A DNA stretch of 55,261 bases from an uncultured Clostridia bacterium (lineage in GTDB: Bacteria > Bacillota > Clostridia > TANB77 > CAG-508): assembly GCA_944388695.1 (NCBI GenBank), contig CALXJT010000004.1, positions 1 through 55,261 of the forward strand, read 5' to 3'. A program made the translations under genes and the position numbers. This document shows, one piece after another, positions 42,295 to 52,126 of the stretch; the first letter of the stretch is position 1, and the number at the start of each line of letters is the position of its first letter. The notes beneath the pieces are model-generated. The model was not told the origin of the DNA. It searched no databases and saw only the letters and a list, made by a program, of their open reading frames with translations.

Positions 42295-43404
42295 TTATAT
42301 ATTTAAAGTCATCAAAATTGCGTCTTCACTATTGTTATAATAATTTTTTCTTCTACCATCTTCGATAAAATTGAATTTCTTATAAAGTGAAATTGCAGGA
42401 AAATTATTTTCATTAACTTCTAGATGAATTTTTTCAATATTTAAACTTTGAGCATAGTTAATTAATTTTTCTAAAAGTAATTTTCCAATACCTTGTCTCC
42501 TAAAGTTATTTTTTATAGCTATATTCATAATTTCAGTTTCATCTAAAATTGTTTTTATTCCACCAAATCCAACTATTTCTTTATCAATCTTTGCAACAAA
42601 AAATGTAGAATTAGTAGAGTTTAATTCATCACTTAATTGGTTCAAATTCCAAAATTCATCAAATAAAGAAATATCTAAATCTTTTAAATCAGAAATATCC
42701 ATTTTATCAAAAGATAATGTTTTATTTTCCAATTGTCTCTGTGCTTGAGGCTTTTTTAGATATAGAGGTAAAAGTTCCTCATCGCTATTATTTTGATATT
42801 TTTCAATTCCTGCTAATCCCAAAGTATAAGTATCAAGATTTGATGGGTTATCTGGTATTAGACTATAGTTCTTAATCGTATTTTTAATACTTTCAGAAAA
42901 TATGTTGATATTTTCTCCAATAAAAGTGATATTAGAATCTGAATATTTATATTTTAGAAGTTCAAGGCAATTTTCTATGCTATCAGCTTTTGAATCACTA
43001 ATAACTGTAAAAGAGTTGTTATCTTTTTTGTATAATGCGTAATAGCAATTATTATTTTTACAGTCAATTAAACTACAAATTATTCCATTTGATGTAATTT
43101 TTCTAGCATAACATTCAAGAGAACTGATGCCAATAGTTTTTATATTTAAACTATCAGAAAATGCTTTTGCAGTAGCTACCCCTATTCGTATACCAGTAAA
43201 TGAGCCAGGACCAATATCACATACTATTAAATTGATATTTTTTATAGATATATTATTTTTAGTTAATATTTCTTGAATTGTTGGCATTAAAATTTCTGAA
43301 TGAGTTAATCCCTCATTTTTTTCTATTTTATCTATTAAATTTGTGTTTTCTAGTAATGCAACACTACAAATTTTGCTAGATGTTTCTATACAAAGAGTTT
43401 TCAT
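42295..43404 (-). CDS. tsaB: Fused TsaB (t6A pathway) and RimI-like N-acetyltransferase
   Basis: IETSS, GPGSFTGIRIG, PLYLK; then GNAT RRQGIG, LEV...N..AI.LY, GRRKNYY...EDA. Confidence 0.88.
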   Translation of the reverse strand: MKTLCIETSSKICSVALLENTNLIDKIEKNEGLTHSEILMPTIQEILTKNNISIKNINLIVCDIGPGSFTGIRIGVATAKAFSDSLNIKTIGISSLECYARKITSNGIICSLIDCKNNNCYYALYKKDNNSFTVISDSKADSIENCLELLKYKYSDSNITFIGENINIFSESIKNTIKNYSLIPDNPSNLDTYTLGLAGIEKYQNNSDEELLPLYLKKPQAQRQLENKTLSFDKMDISDLKDLDISLFDEFWNLNQLSDELNSTNSTFFVAKIDKEIVGFGGIKTILDETEIMNIAIKNNFRRQGIGKLLLEKLINYAQSLNIEKIHLEVNENNFPAISLYKKFNFIEDGRRKNYYNNSEDAILMTLNI

Positions 43405-43553
43405 TGTTAATATTCCTTATTATGTATTTAGGTTTTTATTAATATGGATTAGATAAGGAAGTACCTATAAACCTTTATGTTAGTTTGGATTATTGCATAA
43501 AATATATCTATTATAAATTATATTGAGATATATTATAAGATTTTTTAAATAAC

Positions 43554-44027
43554 TTATAAATTTTTAATAAGTGATTCAAGAATAAATTCAGAACGAGTTC
43601 CATTTGTTTCAAAATTTAAAATTCTTGAATTTTCAGAATCTTTATCCTTTGAAAAAGTGATTTTTAGTATATCATTTGGTAAAGCGTCTTGAATTATTTC
43701 ACCCCATTCAATAATAGAAATTCCTTTTTCAAAATATTCTTCTCCACCAATTTCATAAAATTCAGAAGAATCTTCTAATCTATATACATCAAAGTGAAAA
43801 ATGGTTGTGCTATCATTTTTATATTCATTTACAATTGTAAAAGTTGGGCTAGAGATTTCATCTTCTAAATTAAAATATGATAAAATTCCTTCTGTAAATT
43901 TTGTTTTTCCACAACCTAATTCACCAGTTAAGACAATAATATCTTTTTCTTTCAAAAAACTTGCTAGTTTTCTTGCAATTATTTTTGTTTCATTTTCTGA
44001 ATTTGTTTTTAAATGATAATTTTTCAT
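43554..44027 (-). CDS. tsaE: tRNA threonylcarbamoyladenosine ATPase TsaE
   Basis: GELGCGKT, SPTF, HFDVYRL, IEW. Confidence 0.95.
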   Translation of the reverse strand: MKNYHLKTNSENETKIIARKLASFLKEKDIIVLTGELGCGKTKFTEGILSYFNLEDEISSPTFTIVNEYKNDSTTIFHFDVYRLEDSSEFYEIGGEEYFEKGISIIEWGEIIQDALPNDILKITFSKDKDSENSRILNFETNGTRSEFILESLIKNL

Positions 44028-44085
44028 GTTTTATCCTTTATTATAAATTTAGATTTTTAAGAAAATCTATAAACTTTATGCACAT

Positions 44086-44114
44086 ATTATAATACATATA
44101 TTAGGATATTTCAA
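44086..44114 (-). promoter_or_regulatory. Sigma-A promoter of tsaE; -35 overlaps the base of the family-2 hairpin
   Basis: Minus strand TTGAAA (44114-44109), 17 nt, TATAAT (44091-44086). Confidence 0.6.
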
Positions 44115-44168
44115 GTAGAGGAAGTGGTCAATTGGGGACGGGTCCTGATTGACCATTTCCTCCACTTG
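44112..44168. repeat. Family-2 palindrome, left copy
   Basis: caagt-a-gaggaagtggtcaattgggga-cggg-tcctgattgaccatttcctc-c-acttg. Confidence 0.85.
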
Positions 44169-44170
44169 TA

Positions 44171-44242
44171 AGCGAACAATAGGGACACTCAATTTTGTTC
44201 GGAAAATTTTCCGAACAAAATCGAGTGTCCCTATTGTTCGTT
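44171..44242. repeat. Family-1 REP-like palindrome, copy D
   Basis: cgaacaatagggacactcaattttgttcgg-aaaatttt-ccgaacaaaatcgagtgtccctattgttcg. Confidence 0.92.
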
Positions 44243-44314
44243 CTGCAGTCTGATATGCTGTTTGTTACTTTCAGAATATCTCCCTCAAAAAAGTGTGGGA
44301 TGTAAGGAAAAACA

Positions 44315-44905
44315 TTATTTCTTTTTTTCGATATGAGGTTCTTGTGAAGAAAAAGCTATAATTCCTCCTTTTAGTCGAAAGGCATATGCTGTAAAGCCAT
44401 TCTCTGGGTCAATAGTTTTAGAAATTTTGCTTTCTAAAGTGAATTCTTGAGGTTTCCCCATTTTTTCTAGACAACTGCTGTCTTTATAAATATAAAAGTC
44501 AGGTGCATCGTTAGTAAGCTGATATTCTTTTCCATCTGTCCAGAACATGATATCGATAATGGAGTTTGAAGAATCCTGTGCTGCTTTATAAGTTTCGATA
44601 TCATTTGTTAACTTTTCTACATTTGTTTGAGACTCTTCAAGCTGATTCTTAAGGCTTTGGTTTTCTGTTTCTAATTCTGTTATCTGGTTTGTTTTTTTCT
44701 GGTAACTAGAATTTTCTTGTTTTAATTTTTCGTTTTCATCTTCAAGGGTTTTATTTTTTTCTTGAAGACTTTCGACTTGAGTTTTATAGCTTTCAAGTTC
44801 TTTTGAATCCGTATTACTAGAATTTCCACAGCCAGTTAAGGCGATTGAAAATACTAATAATACAAAGGTTGTTAATAAATAGTGATAGTTTCTCCGTGTT
44901 TTCAT
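44315..44905 (-). CDS. Hypothetical lipoprotein with a long coiled coil and small C-terminal domain
   Basis: SD aggagg, lipobox LTGC, heptad-rich region; own promoter TTGAAA-17-TATAAT (44967-44939). Confidence 0.8.
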   Translation of the reverse strand: MKTRRNYHYLLTTFVLLVFSIALTGCGNSSNTDSKELESYKTQVESLQEKNKTLEDENEKLKQENSSYQKKTNQITELETENQSLKNQLEESQTNVEKLTNDIETYKAAQDSSNSIIDIMFWTDGKEYQLTNDAPDFYIYKDSSCLEKMGKPQEFTLESKISKTIDPENGFTAYAFRLKGGIIAFSSQEPHIEKKK

Positions 44906-44955
44906 ATGTTTTTCCTCCTATATATATAATATGAGTATATTATATCATAAAATTT

Positions 44956-45135
44956 ACATAATTTCAATTTTTACTAGTGGTTAATTGGGCTCGATGGCCA
45001 ATCGGGATAATCGGGACCCGTCCCCAATTGACCACCTGTTCCAAATAGACCACATAATTTCAATTTTTGGTCAGTGGTTAATTTGGACCCGTCCCCAATT
45101 GACCACCAATAGATCACCCAATAGATCACCCGTTT
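44956..45135. repeat. Family-2 palindrome, two right-hand copies in a ~96-bp tandem duplication
   Basis: ggacccgtccccaattgaccac at 45014-45035 and 45085-45106 (exact reverse complement of 44124-44145); acataatttcaattttt duplicated. Confidence 0.85.
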
Positions 45136-45184
45136 CCAATTAATTATCCATTCAAAAGAAAATTAACAAAATTGGGAAAAGCTA

Positions 45185-45230
45185 TTGATAAATAATTCCA
45201 AATGTAATATAATTGCAATATATTTGTAAT
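45185..45230 (+). promoter_or_regulatory. mreB sigma-A promoter overlapped by three 11-bp-phased TG(T/C)AAT boxes
   Basis: TTGATA-17-TATAAT; tgtaat 45203, tgcaat 45214, tgtaat 45225. Confidence 0.55.
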
Positions 45231-45267
45231 AAAAATGAAAAATATTAGATTAGTGAGGGAAAGATTT

Positions 45268-46269
45268 ATGTTTAAGTTCGGACAAGATGTTGGTATCGAT
45301 TTAGGTACAGCAACAGTTATTGTATATGTAAAAGGTAAAGGAATAGTTTTAAGAGAGCCATCAGTTGTAGCTGTTGATAGTAATACAGGAGAAGTTTTAG
45401 CAGTAGGAGGAGAAGCAAGAAGAATGTTAGGAAGAACTCCAGGAAATATTATAGCTACAAGACCATTAAGAGATGGTGTTATTTCTGATTATACTGTTAC
45501 AGAGAAAATGCTTAAATATTTTATAAATAAAGTATGTGGAAAGTTTGTTTTTTCTCCAAGAATTATGATATGTATCCCTTCACAAGTTACAGAGGTAGAA
45601 AAGAAAGCGGTAATTGATGCTGCAACACAAGCAGGAGCAAGAAAGGTTTATTTAATAGAGGAACCAATTGCCGCAGCAATAGGAGCAGGAATAGATATAG
45701 CAAAACCATGTGGAAATATGGTAGTAGATATTGGTGGAGGTACTACAGATATTGCAGTTATTTCACTAGGAGGATCAGTTGTAAGTAGTTCTTTAAAAGT
45801 AGCGGGAGATAAGTTTGATGAAGCTATAGTAAAATATATAAAGAAAAAACATAATATAGCTATAGGAGAAAGAACAGCTGAAGATTTGAAGGTGAATATA
45901 GGATGTGTATATCCAAAAATGCAAGATGTAGAGATGGATATAAGAGGAAGAGATTTAATAACAGGACTTCCAAAAACAGTTACTATACATTCTTCAGAGA
46001 TGTTAGAAGCATTGATAGAACCTGCAATGATGATAGTTGATGCAGTTCATGGTGTATTAGAAAGAACTCCACCAGAACTTGCAGCAGATATTAGTGATAA
46101 GGGAATCTACATGACAGGTGGAGGATGTTTAATAGACGGATTAGATAGATTATTACAAGAAAAAACAGGAATAAATGTAATGATAGCACAGGATACAGTA
46201 TCATGTGTGGCTTTAGGCACGGGAAAAGCGTTAGAAAATTTAGACATTTTAGATGGTAAGATTAGATAA
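45268..46269 (+). CDS. mreB: Rod shape-determining actin homolog MreB/Mbl
   Basis: GIDLGTA, EPSVVA, RPLRDGVI, DIGGGTTD, TGGG; stand-alone with no mreCD, so possibly mbl. Confidence 0.9.
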   Translation: MFKFGQDVGIDLGTATVIVYVKGKGIVLREPSVVAVDSNTGEVLAVGGEARRMLGRTPGNIIATRPLRDGVISDYTVTEKMLKYFINKVCGKFVFSPRIMICIPSQVTEVEKKAVIDAATQAGARKVYLIEEPIAAAIGAGIDIAKPCGNMVVDIGGGTTDIAVISLGGSVVSSSLKVAGDKFDEAIVKYIKKKHNIAIGERTAEDLKVNIGCVYPKMQDVEMDIRGRDLITGLPKTVTIHSSEMLEALIEPAMMIVDAVHGVLERTPPELAADISDKGIYMTGGGCLIDGLDRLLQEKTGINVMIAQDTVSCVALGTGKALENLDILDGKIR

Positions 46270-46348
46270 TTTAGATATTAAAAATAGAGATTTAATATAC
46301 TAGAATTAGATAAATTTGATAGTAAGAATAAATAAAAAGAGGTAATAA

Positions 46349-47749
46349 ATGAAGAAAGTAGCTTTTATAACATTAGGATGTAAAGTAAATCAATACGAAA
46401 CAAATGCCATGTCACAGAAGTTTATAGAAAGTGGATATCAATTAGTAGAGCATACAGAAGAAGCAGATATTTATATAGTAAATACTTGTACAGTTACAAA
46501 TATGTCTGATAGAAAATCAAGACAAATGTTGAGAAAAATGAAAGAACAAAACCCAAAAGCAATTCTTATAGCTGTTGGGTGTTATGCACAAGTAGGTAGA
46601 CAAGAATTGGAAAAAATACCAGAAATAGATTTTGTTTTAGGAAATCATGAAAAAGTTAATATTGTTGAGTATTTAGAAAAAAAAATAGAATTTAAAATTT
46701 CTGATTTAATGCAAGAAAAAGATTATGAAGAATATGGAGATATTACATTTTCAGAAAAAACAAGAGCAGTTATAAAAATACAAGATGGATGTGATAGATT
46801 TTGTACATATTGTATAATTCCTTATGCAAGAGGTAGAGTTAGAAGTAGAAATCCAGAGAATATTATATCAGAAATAACTAAAATTGCACAAAGAGGAATA
46901 AAAGAAGTTGTAATAACAGGTATACATATAGCTTCATATGGCAAAGATTTCAAAAATGATTATTATTTAATAGATTTATTAGAAGAAATAAATAAAATTC
47001 CTGGAATAGAGAGAATAAGATTAGGTTCAATAGAGCCATTATTAATTACACAGGATTTTGTAAAAAGATTAAAAGAATTAGATAAAGTGTGTCATCATTT
47101 CCATTTATCATTACAAAGTGGATGTAATGATACTTTAAAAAGGATGAATAGAAGATATACTACTCAAGAATTCCAAAATATAGTAGATATATTAAGAGAA
47201 AATTATGATGATGTCATATTAACAACAGACATTATAGTAGGATTTCCAGGAGAAACTGAAGAAGAATTTAATGAAACATATGAATTTTTAAAGAAAATAA
47301 AATTTTATAAAATGCATGTTTTCAAATACTCTCCAAGAAAAGGTACTAAAGCAGCTGTGATGAAAAATCAGATAGATGGAAATGTAAAGGAACATAGAAG
47401 TAAGATTTTAATTGAACTATCAGATAGTAATGAGGCTAAATATCAAGAAGAATTAATCGGAAAAGAAGTAGAAATTCTATGGGAAGAAGAAAAAGATGGT
47501 TTTTATAAAGGACATACAGCAAATTACATTTTAGCATATTATAGTGAAAACAAAGAAAATGAAATAAATGAAAAAGATAGAAATAACGAAGAAAATGAAA
47601 AAGAAAAAGATGAAGAAAAAATCAATTTTAATATGGCTAATTTGAATGAAGGAAAAATTCAGCAAAATGAAAAATTGGAAAATCAAATAATAAAGATGAA
47701 ATGTATTGGAAGAGAGGGAGATCATATTTTTGTAACAAAAATGCAATAA
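46349..47749 (+). CDS. mtaB: tRNA t6A methylthiotransferase MtaB
   Basis: TLGCKVNQYE, NTCTVT, GCYAQ, CDRFCTYC, HLSLQSG. Confidence 0.93.
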   Translation: MKKVAFITLGCKVNQYETNAMSQKFIESGYQLVEHTEEADIYIVNTCTVTNMSDRKSRQMLRKMKEQNPKAILIAVGCYAQVGRQELEKIPEIDFVLGNHEKVNIVEYLEKKIEFKISDLMQEKDYEEYGDITFSEKTRAVIKIQDGCDRFCTYCIIPYARGRVRSRNPENIISEITKIAQRGIKEVVITGIHIASYGKDFKNDYYLIDLLEEINKIPGIERIRLGSIEPLLITQDFVKRLKELDKVCHHFHLSLQSGCNDTLKRMNRRYTTQEFQNIVDILRENYDDVILTTDIIVGFPGETEEEFNETYEFLKKIKFYKMHVFKYSPRKGTKAAVMKNQIDGNVKEHRSKILIELSDSNEAKYQEELIGKEVEILWEEEKDGFYKGHTANYILAYYSENKENEINEKDRNNEENEKEKDEEKINFNMANLNEGKIQQNEKLENQIIKMKCIGREGDHIFVTKMQ

Positions 47750-47791
47750 TTTTACAACAAAAGTGTAATAAAAATGTAATTAAAAAGTAAT
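47731..47791 (+). promoter_or_regulatory. Array of 11-bp-phased TGTAAT-like hexamers (OmpR/WalR-type boxes)
   Basis: tgtaac 47731, tgcaat 47742, tacaac 47753, tgtaat 47764, tgtaat 47775, agtaat 47786. Confidence 0.5.
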
Positions 47792-47875
47792 AAAAAAAGA
47801 AATGAAAAATCTTGAATAATTTGTAAAAATATAGTATATATATGTTATAAGATTTACTACAAAGGAGGAATAAAG

Positions 47876-48214
47876 ATGGCTGATTTAGGAGAAGAAAACA
47901 GAGTAGCAGGAGTCTTTGGTGGAGTTGAATTTGGAAATCAAGGAGAGCAAAACAATCAAAATATTTATGGTCAAGAAGCAGGTACAATAAGAAATCAAGA
48001 TTTACCAGTCAAAAGAGGATTCTGGTCAAAATTCAAAGCATTTTGGTTACAAGAAATAGATTGGAATAAAGAAATCAGAGTTGAATTAACACCATATCAA
48101 CAAAAAGTAGAAGATGAGATTAATGAATTTTTACATCAAGAAATTACTTGGGAAAAAGTACATGATTTTCTATTCCAAGAAATAACATTTGGAAAAAATA
48201 ACAAAAATGCTTAA
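47876..48214 (+). CDS. Small hypothetical protein with an amphipathic helix and three QEI(T/D)(W/F) repeats
   Basis: Strong SD aaggagg; 112 aa. Confidence 0.8.
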   Translation: MADLGEENRVAGVFGGVEFGNQGEQNNQNIYGQEAGTIRNQDLPVKRGFWSKFKAFWLQEIDWNKEIRVELTPYQQKVEDEINEFLHQEITWEKVHDFLFQEITFGKNNKNA

Positions 48215-48654
48215 ATGTTATGAATATAATCCTTAATATTTGTAGAAAAAATATAAAAATATGAATTAGTAATTTTTATATTTAGTATTTTTCTGTTTAA
48301 AGATTATATGTGTATTTTAGTATATTAAAGTTTAGTTCTGATATGTTTTAAGAATATATCAGAATTTTTATATATATAGGTGAATGTCAATAGTTGGGGA
48401 GGAAAAATTCGAAAGTTTTTTTAATGCGTAAAAATAAGAGATTAGTATAAATAAAAGTTGAAAAATTTTATTTTAAATATGTAAATTATTAGAAATAATT
48501 TTAGATAGTATAAAAAAGTTTTGATGTTGTTATAGTGAATAATAGAAAAGTTGATTAATAAAAAATATAAAAAGTAAGTCAAAACACATGATAATATATA
48601 GAGAAAGGAGAGTATGATTATAAATTAATAATTTTATAATCATATAGTAAATAG

Positions 48655-50019
48655 ATGGCAAAAAATAAAACGGTATTTGTATGTAATGAATGTGGATATG
48701 AATCAAGTAAATGGCTAGGAAAATGTCCAGCATGTAATAGTTGGAATAGTTTTTTTGAGCAAAAAGTTGTAGAAACTAAATCTAATTTATTAGATAAGTC
48801 AGATAATAAAAAAATGAATGTTCCACAAACATTAAATTCATATCAAGCTAAAGAAACAATAAGAACATCAACAGGTTTTGGAGAATTAGACAGAGTTTTA
48901 GGTGGAGGATTAGTAAAAGGTTCACTTATATTATTAGGTGGTGAACCAGGAATTGGAAAATCTACATTAATTTTACAAATATGTGATAAAGTCCAAGGAG
49001 AAGGAAAAGTTTTATATGTATCAGGAGAAGAGTCAGCAGAACAAATAAAACTTCGAGCAGATAGATTAGGAATAAATAATGAAGATATATTATTTTTAGG
49101 AGAAACAGATATAGATATAGTAAATCAAGCGATACTTTCTTTAACACCAAAACTTGTAATAATAGATTCAATACAAACAATGTATTCAGAAGAATTATCG
49201 GCTGCAGCAGGTAGTGTTAGTCAGGTAAGAGAGATAACATCACAAATTATGAGAGTATGTAAGTCAAGAGATATTACAACAATTATAATTGGTCATGTTA
49301 CAAAAGACGGAACTATAGCAGGTCCTAGAGTTTTAGAACATATGGTAGATACTGTATTATATTTAGAAGGAGAAAGATATTTTTCATATAGAATATTAAG
49401 GGGCGTAAAAAATAGATTTGGTTCAACAAATGAGATTGGAATGTTCGAAATGCAAGAGCAAGGTATGACAGAAATATTAAATCCATCAGATATATTGATA
49501 TCAGAAAGAGAAGATAACCCAGCAGGTTCTTGTATAGTATCATGTATGGAAGGAACAAGACCAGTTTTAGTGGAATTACAAGCATTAACAGCACAAAGTG
49601 TGTTTGGATTTCCAAAAAGAACAGCAAACGGTGTTGATTTTAACAGATTAGCATTGTTAATAGCTGTTATGGAGAAAAAAGCAAAGATAATGCTTGGAAA
49701 TCAGGATGTTTACTTAAATGTTGTAGGTGGGTTAAAAATAAGTGAGCCATCAGTAGATTTAGGAATGATATTAGTAACAGCTTCAAGTTATAAAAATGTA
49801 CCAATACCAAAAGATATGGTAATAATAGGAGAAGTAGGTTTAACAGGAGAAGTTAGAAGAATAAATTTAATAGAAAAAAGATTGAAAGAAGCAGAAAAAA
49901 TGGGATTTAAATCATGCATAATTCCAGAAAGTAATAAAAAAGTATTGAAAGATAAATTTAAATTGGATATAATAGGGGTTAGAAATGTGAATGAAGCTTT
50001 GAAGAGAATAGGAATTTAA
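48655..50019 (+). CDS. radA: DNA repair protein RadA/Sms
   Basis: C4 zinc finger, GEPGIGKST, KNRFG, Lon-like C-terminus. Confidence 0.97.
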   Translation: MAKNKTVFVCNECGYESSKWLGKCPACNSWNSFFEQKVVETKSNLLDKSDNKKMNVPQTLNSYQAKETIRTSTGFGELDRVLGGGLVKGSLILLGGEPGIGKSTLILQICDKVQGEGKVLYVSGEESAEQIKLRADRLGINNEDILFLGETDIDIVNQAILSLTPKLVIIDSIQTMYSEELSAAAGSVSQVREITSQIMRVCKSRDITTIIIGHVTKDGTIAGPRVLEHMVDTVLYLEGERYFSYRILRGVKNRFGSTNEIGMFEMQEQGMTEILNPSDILISEREDNPAGSCIVSCMEGTRPVLVELQALTAQSVFGFPKRTANGVDFNRLALLIAVMEKKAKIMLGNQDVYLNVVGGLKISEPSVDLGMILVTASSYKNVPIPKDMVIIGEVGLTGEVRRINLIEKRLKEAEKMGFKSCIIPESNKKVLKDKFKLDIIGVRNVNEALKRIGI

Positions 50020-50080
50020 AAATAGGAATTTTTGGAACGAACTTAAAATTCCTTATTAAAATAAGAATGGGGGCTTTTAT

Positions 50081-51163
50081 TTGAGAAAGAAGAATGAAAA
50101 TCCTATAACAGATATCTTAAAATTAATAGCACCAGGAACTCCAATACGAGATGGTTTAGAGAATATTTTAAGAGCAAAAACAGGTGCTTTATTATTAATA
50201 ACAGATAGTAATGAGGTAATAAAAGAAGTAGTAGATGGAGGTTTTTCAATTAATGAAGATTATACTTCATCTAGATTATATGAACTTGCAAAAATGGATG
50301 GAGCCATAGTTTTAAGTGGTGATTTAAAGAAAATATTATTTGCAAATGCTCAATTAATACCATCAAGAGAAATAGAAACTAGAGAAACAGGAACAAGGCA
50401 TAGAACTGCTGAAAGAACTGCAAAACAAACAGGTGAATTAGTTATAAGTATTTCTCAAAGAAGAAATATAATAACAGTTTTTAAAGGAAATGATAGATAT
50501 ATATTAGAAGATACAGATGTTGTATTAAATAAAGCAAATCAAGGAGTACAGACATTAGAAAGATATAAAAAAGTTTTTGATAATAAGTTAAGTACTTTAA
50601 ATGAATATGAATTTAATGATATAGTCACTTTAGAAAATGTAATTATAGCAATTCAAAGAGCAGAAATGGTTATGAGAATAGTTGATGAAATTCAAACTCA
50701 AATATTCGAACTTGGTAGTGATGGAAGACTTGTAAAAATGCAACTTGAGGAGTTAATTGGTGGAATAGAAAAGGAAGAATTATTTATTATAAAAGATTAT
50801 TTAGTTCCACAGAAAAAGAAAATTACTCCAGAAAGTGTAATGGATAAAATTGCAGAATTGTCATATGAAGACTTGACAAAAGAATCTAATATTGCTAAAT
50901 TATTAGGGTATGATACTTTTGATAATTATGATGAAGTTGGAGTCTATACTAGAGGTTATAGAATATTGAATAAAATTCCTAGAATGCCAAGTAATATAGT
51001 AGAAAATTTAATTGCTTCTTTTAAATCTTTTCAACATATTTTAGCAGCAGATATTGAAACTTTGGACGAAGTAGATGGAATAGGAGAAATTAGAGCAAGA
51101 ACAATTAAGCAGTCATTAAAGAGGATGCAAGAGCAATTTGTTTTTGATAATGTATTAATTTAA
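50081..51163 (+). CDS. disA: DNA integrity scanning diadenylate cyclase DisA
   Basis: ELAKMDGA, TGTRHRTAER, C-terminal HhH; radA-disA synteny. Confidence 0.96.
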   Translation: MRKKNENPITDILKLIAPGTPIRDGLENILRAKTGALLLITDSNEVIKEVVDGGFSINEDYTSSRLYELAKMDGAIVLSGDLKKILFANAQLIPSREIETRETGTRHRTAERTAKQTGELVISISQRRNIITVFKGNDRYILEDTDVVLNKANQGVQTLERYKKVFDNKLSTLNEYEFNDIVTLENVIIAIQRAEMVMRIVDEIQTQIFELGSDGRLVKMQLEELIGGIEKEELFIIKDYLVPQKKKITPESVMDKIAELSYEDLTKESNIAKLLGYDTFDNYDEVGVYTRGYRILNKIPRMPSNIVENLIASFKSFQHILAADIETLDEVDGIGEIRARTIKQSLKRMQEQFVFDNVLI

Positions 51164-51340
51164 GCTTTTTAATTTTTTAGGTTTTTAGTTTTTTGTTTTT
51201 TTGGTTTGAAAAGTTACGGCTATAAATTAAAAAGTTTATAAAAAATTCATATTAATAAAAAGTGAAAAAATGAAAATATAATTTTAGGATTTTTATTATA
51301 TAAAATTTATATTTACTTAAAGATAAAGTAAAAAGAAAGG

Positions 51341-52126
51341 GTGGAAAATATGAACTTAGCAAAAAAAATAATTTGGATTATAGCATTAGCTGTAATAATA
51401 GTATTATTAGGAGTAGTAGGGTATGGATATTATAGAAAAGCAACATTAAATATATCTAATCCAGTAGCTACAATGGAAGTTGAAGGATATGGAACAGTAA
51501 AGATGGAATTATATCCAGACCAAGCTCCAGAGACAGTAGCAAATTTTATAGCTTTGGCTAATAGAGGATTTTATAATGGGTCATCTTTCCATAGAGTTGT
51601 AAAAGACTTTATGATACAAGGTGGAACAAAATCAGGAGATGGAACATCAGGAGCAAAAATAGCTGATTTAAAAGACGGTGGAGCAGATGAAGATTATACA
51701 ATAAAAGGTGAATTTGTTGCAAATGGAGTAAATAATACAGTTAAATTTGAAGAAGGAGTAGTAGGACTTGCTCGTTCAGATTATAGTCAATATTCATCAT
51801 CATTAGATAACGAATCATATAATTCTGGTTGTGCACAATTCTTTATAATGACAGCAGAAAATACAACTCTTAATGGAAACTACACAGCATTTGGAAAAGT
51901 AATTGAAGGAATGGATGTAGTACACAAAATAGAAAATGTAGAAGTAAAAGCACCAGATGATGCTGAAGAAACTGGTAATACAGAGGTTAGTACACCAGTT
52001 ACTGATATAAAAATTACATCAATTCAAGTAGAAACATATGGTGTAGATTATGGATTACCAGAAACTTTAACACCATTTGATTATACAAATTGGTTCTATC
52101 AAAATTATATGGGATCAGTTGAATAG
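51341..52126 (+). CDS. Membrane-anchored cyclophilin-type peptidyl-prolyl isomerase
   Basis: APETVANF, FHRVVKDFMIQGG, QFFI, FGKVIEGMDVV. Confidence 0.92.
   Translation: MENMNLAKKIIWIIALAVIIVLLGVVGYGYYRKATLNISNPVATMEVEGYGTVKMELYPDQAPETVANFIALANRGFYNGSSFHRVVKDFMIQGGTKSGDGTSGAKIADLKDGGADEDYTIKGEFVANGVNNTVKFEEGVVGLARSDYSQYSSSLDNESYNSGCAQFFIMTAENTTLNGNYTAFGKVIEGMDVVHKIENVEVKAPDDAEETGNTEVSTPVTDIKITSIQVETYGVDYGLPETLTPFDYTNWFYQNYMGSVE

Noticed and set aside
44112-45135. Autonomous IS or transposon
   Set aside because: The enclosed ORF is a lipoprotein without DDE, HUH or recombinase motifs, and no clear target-site duplication is visible
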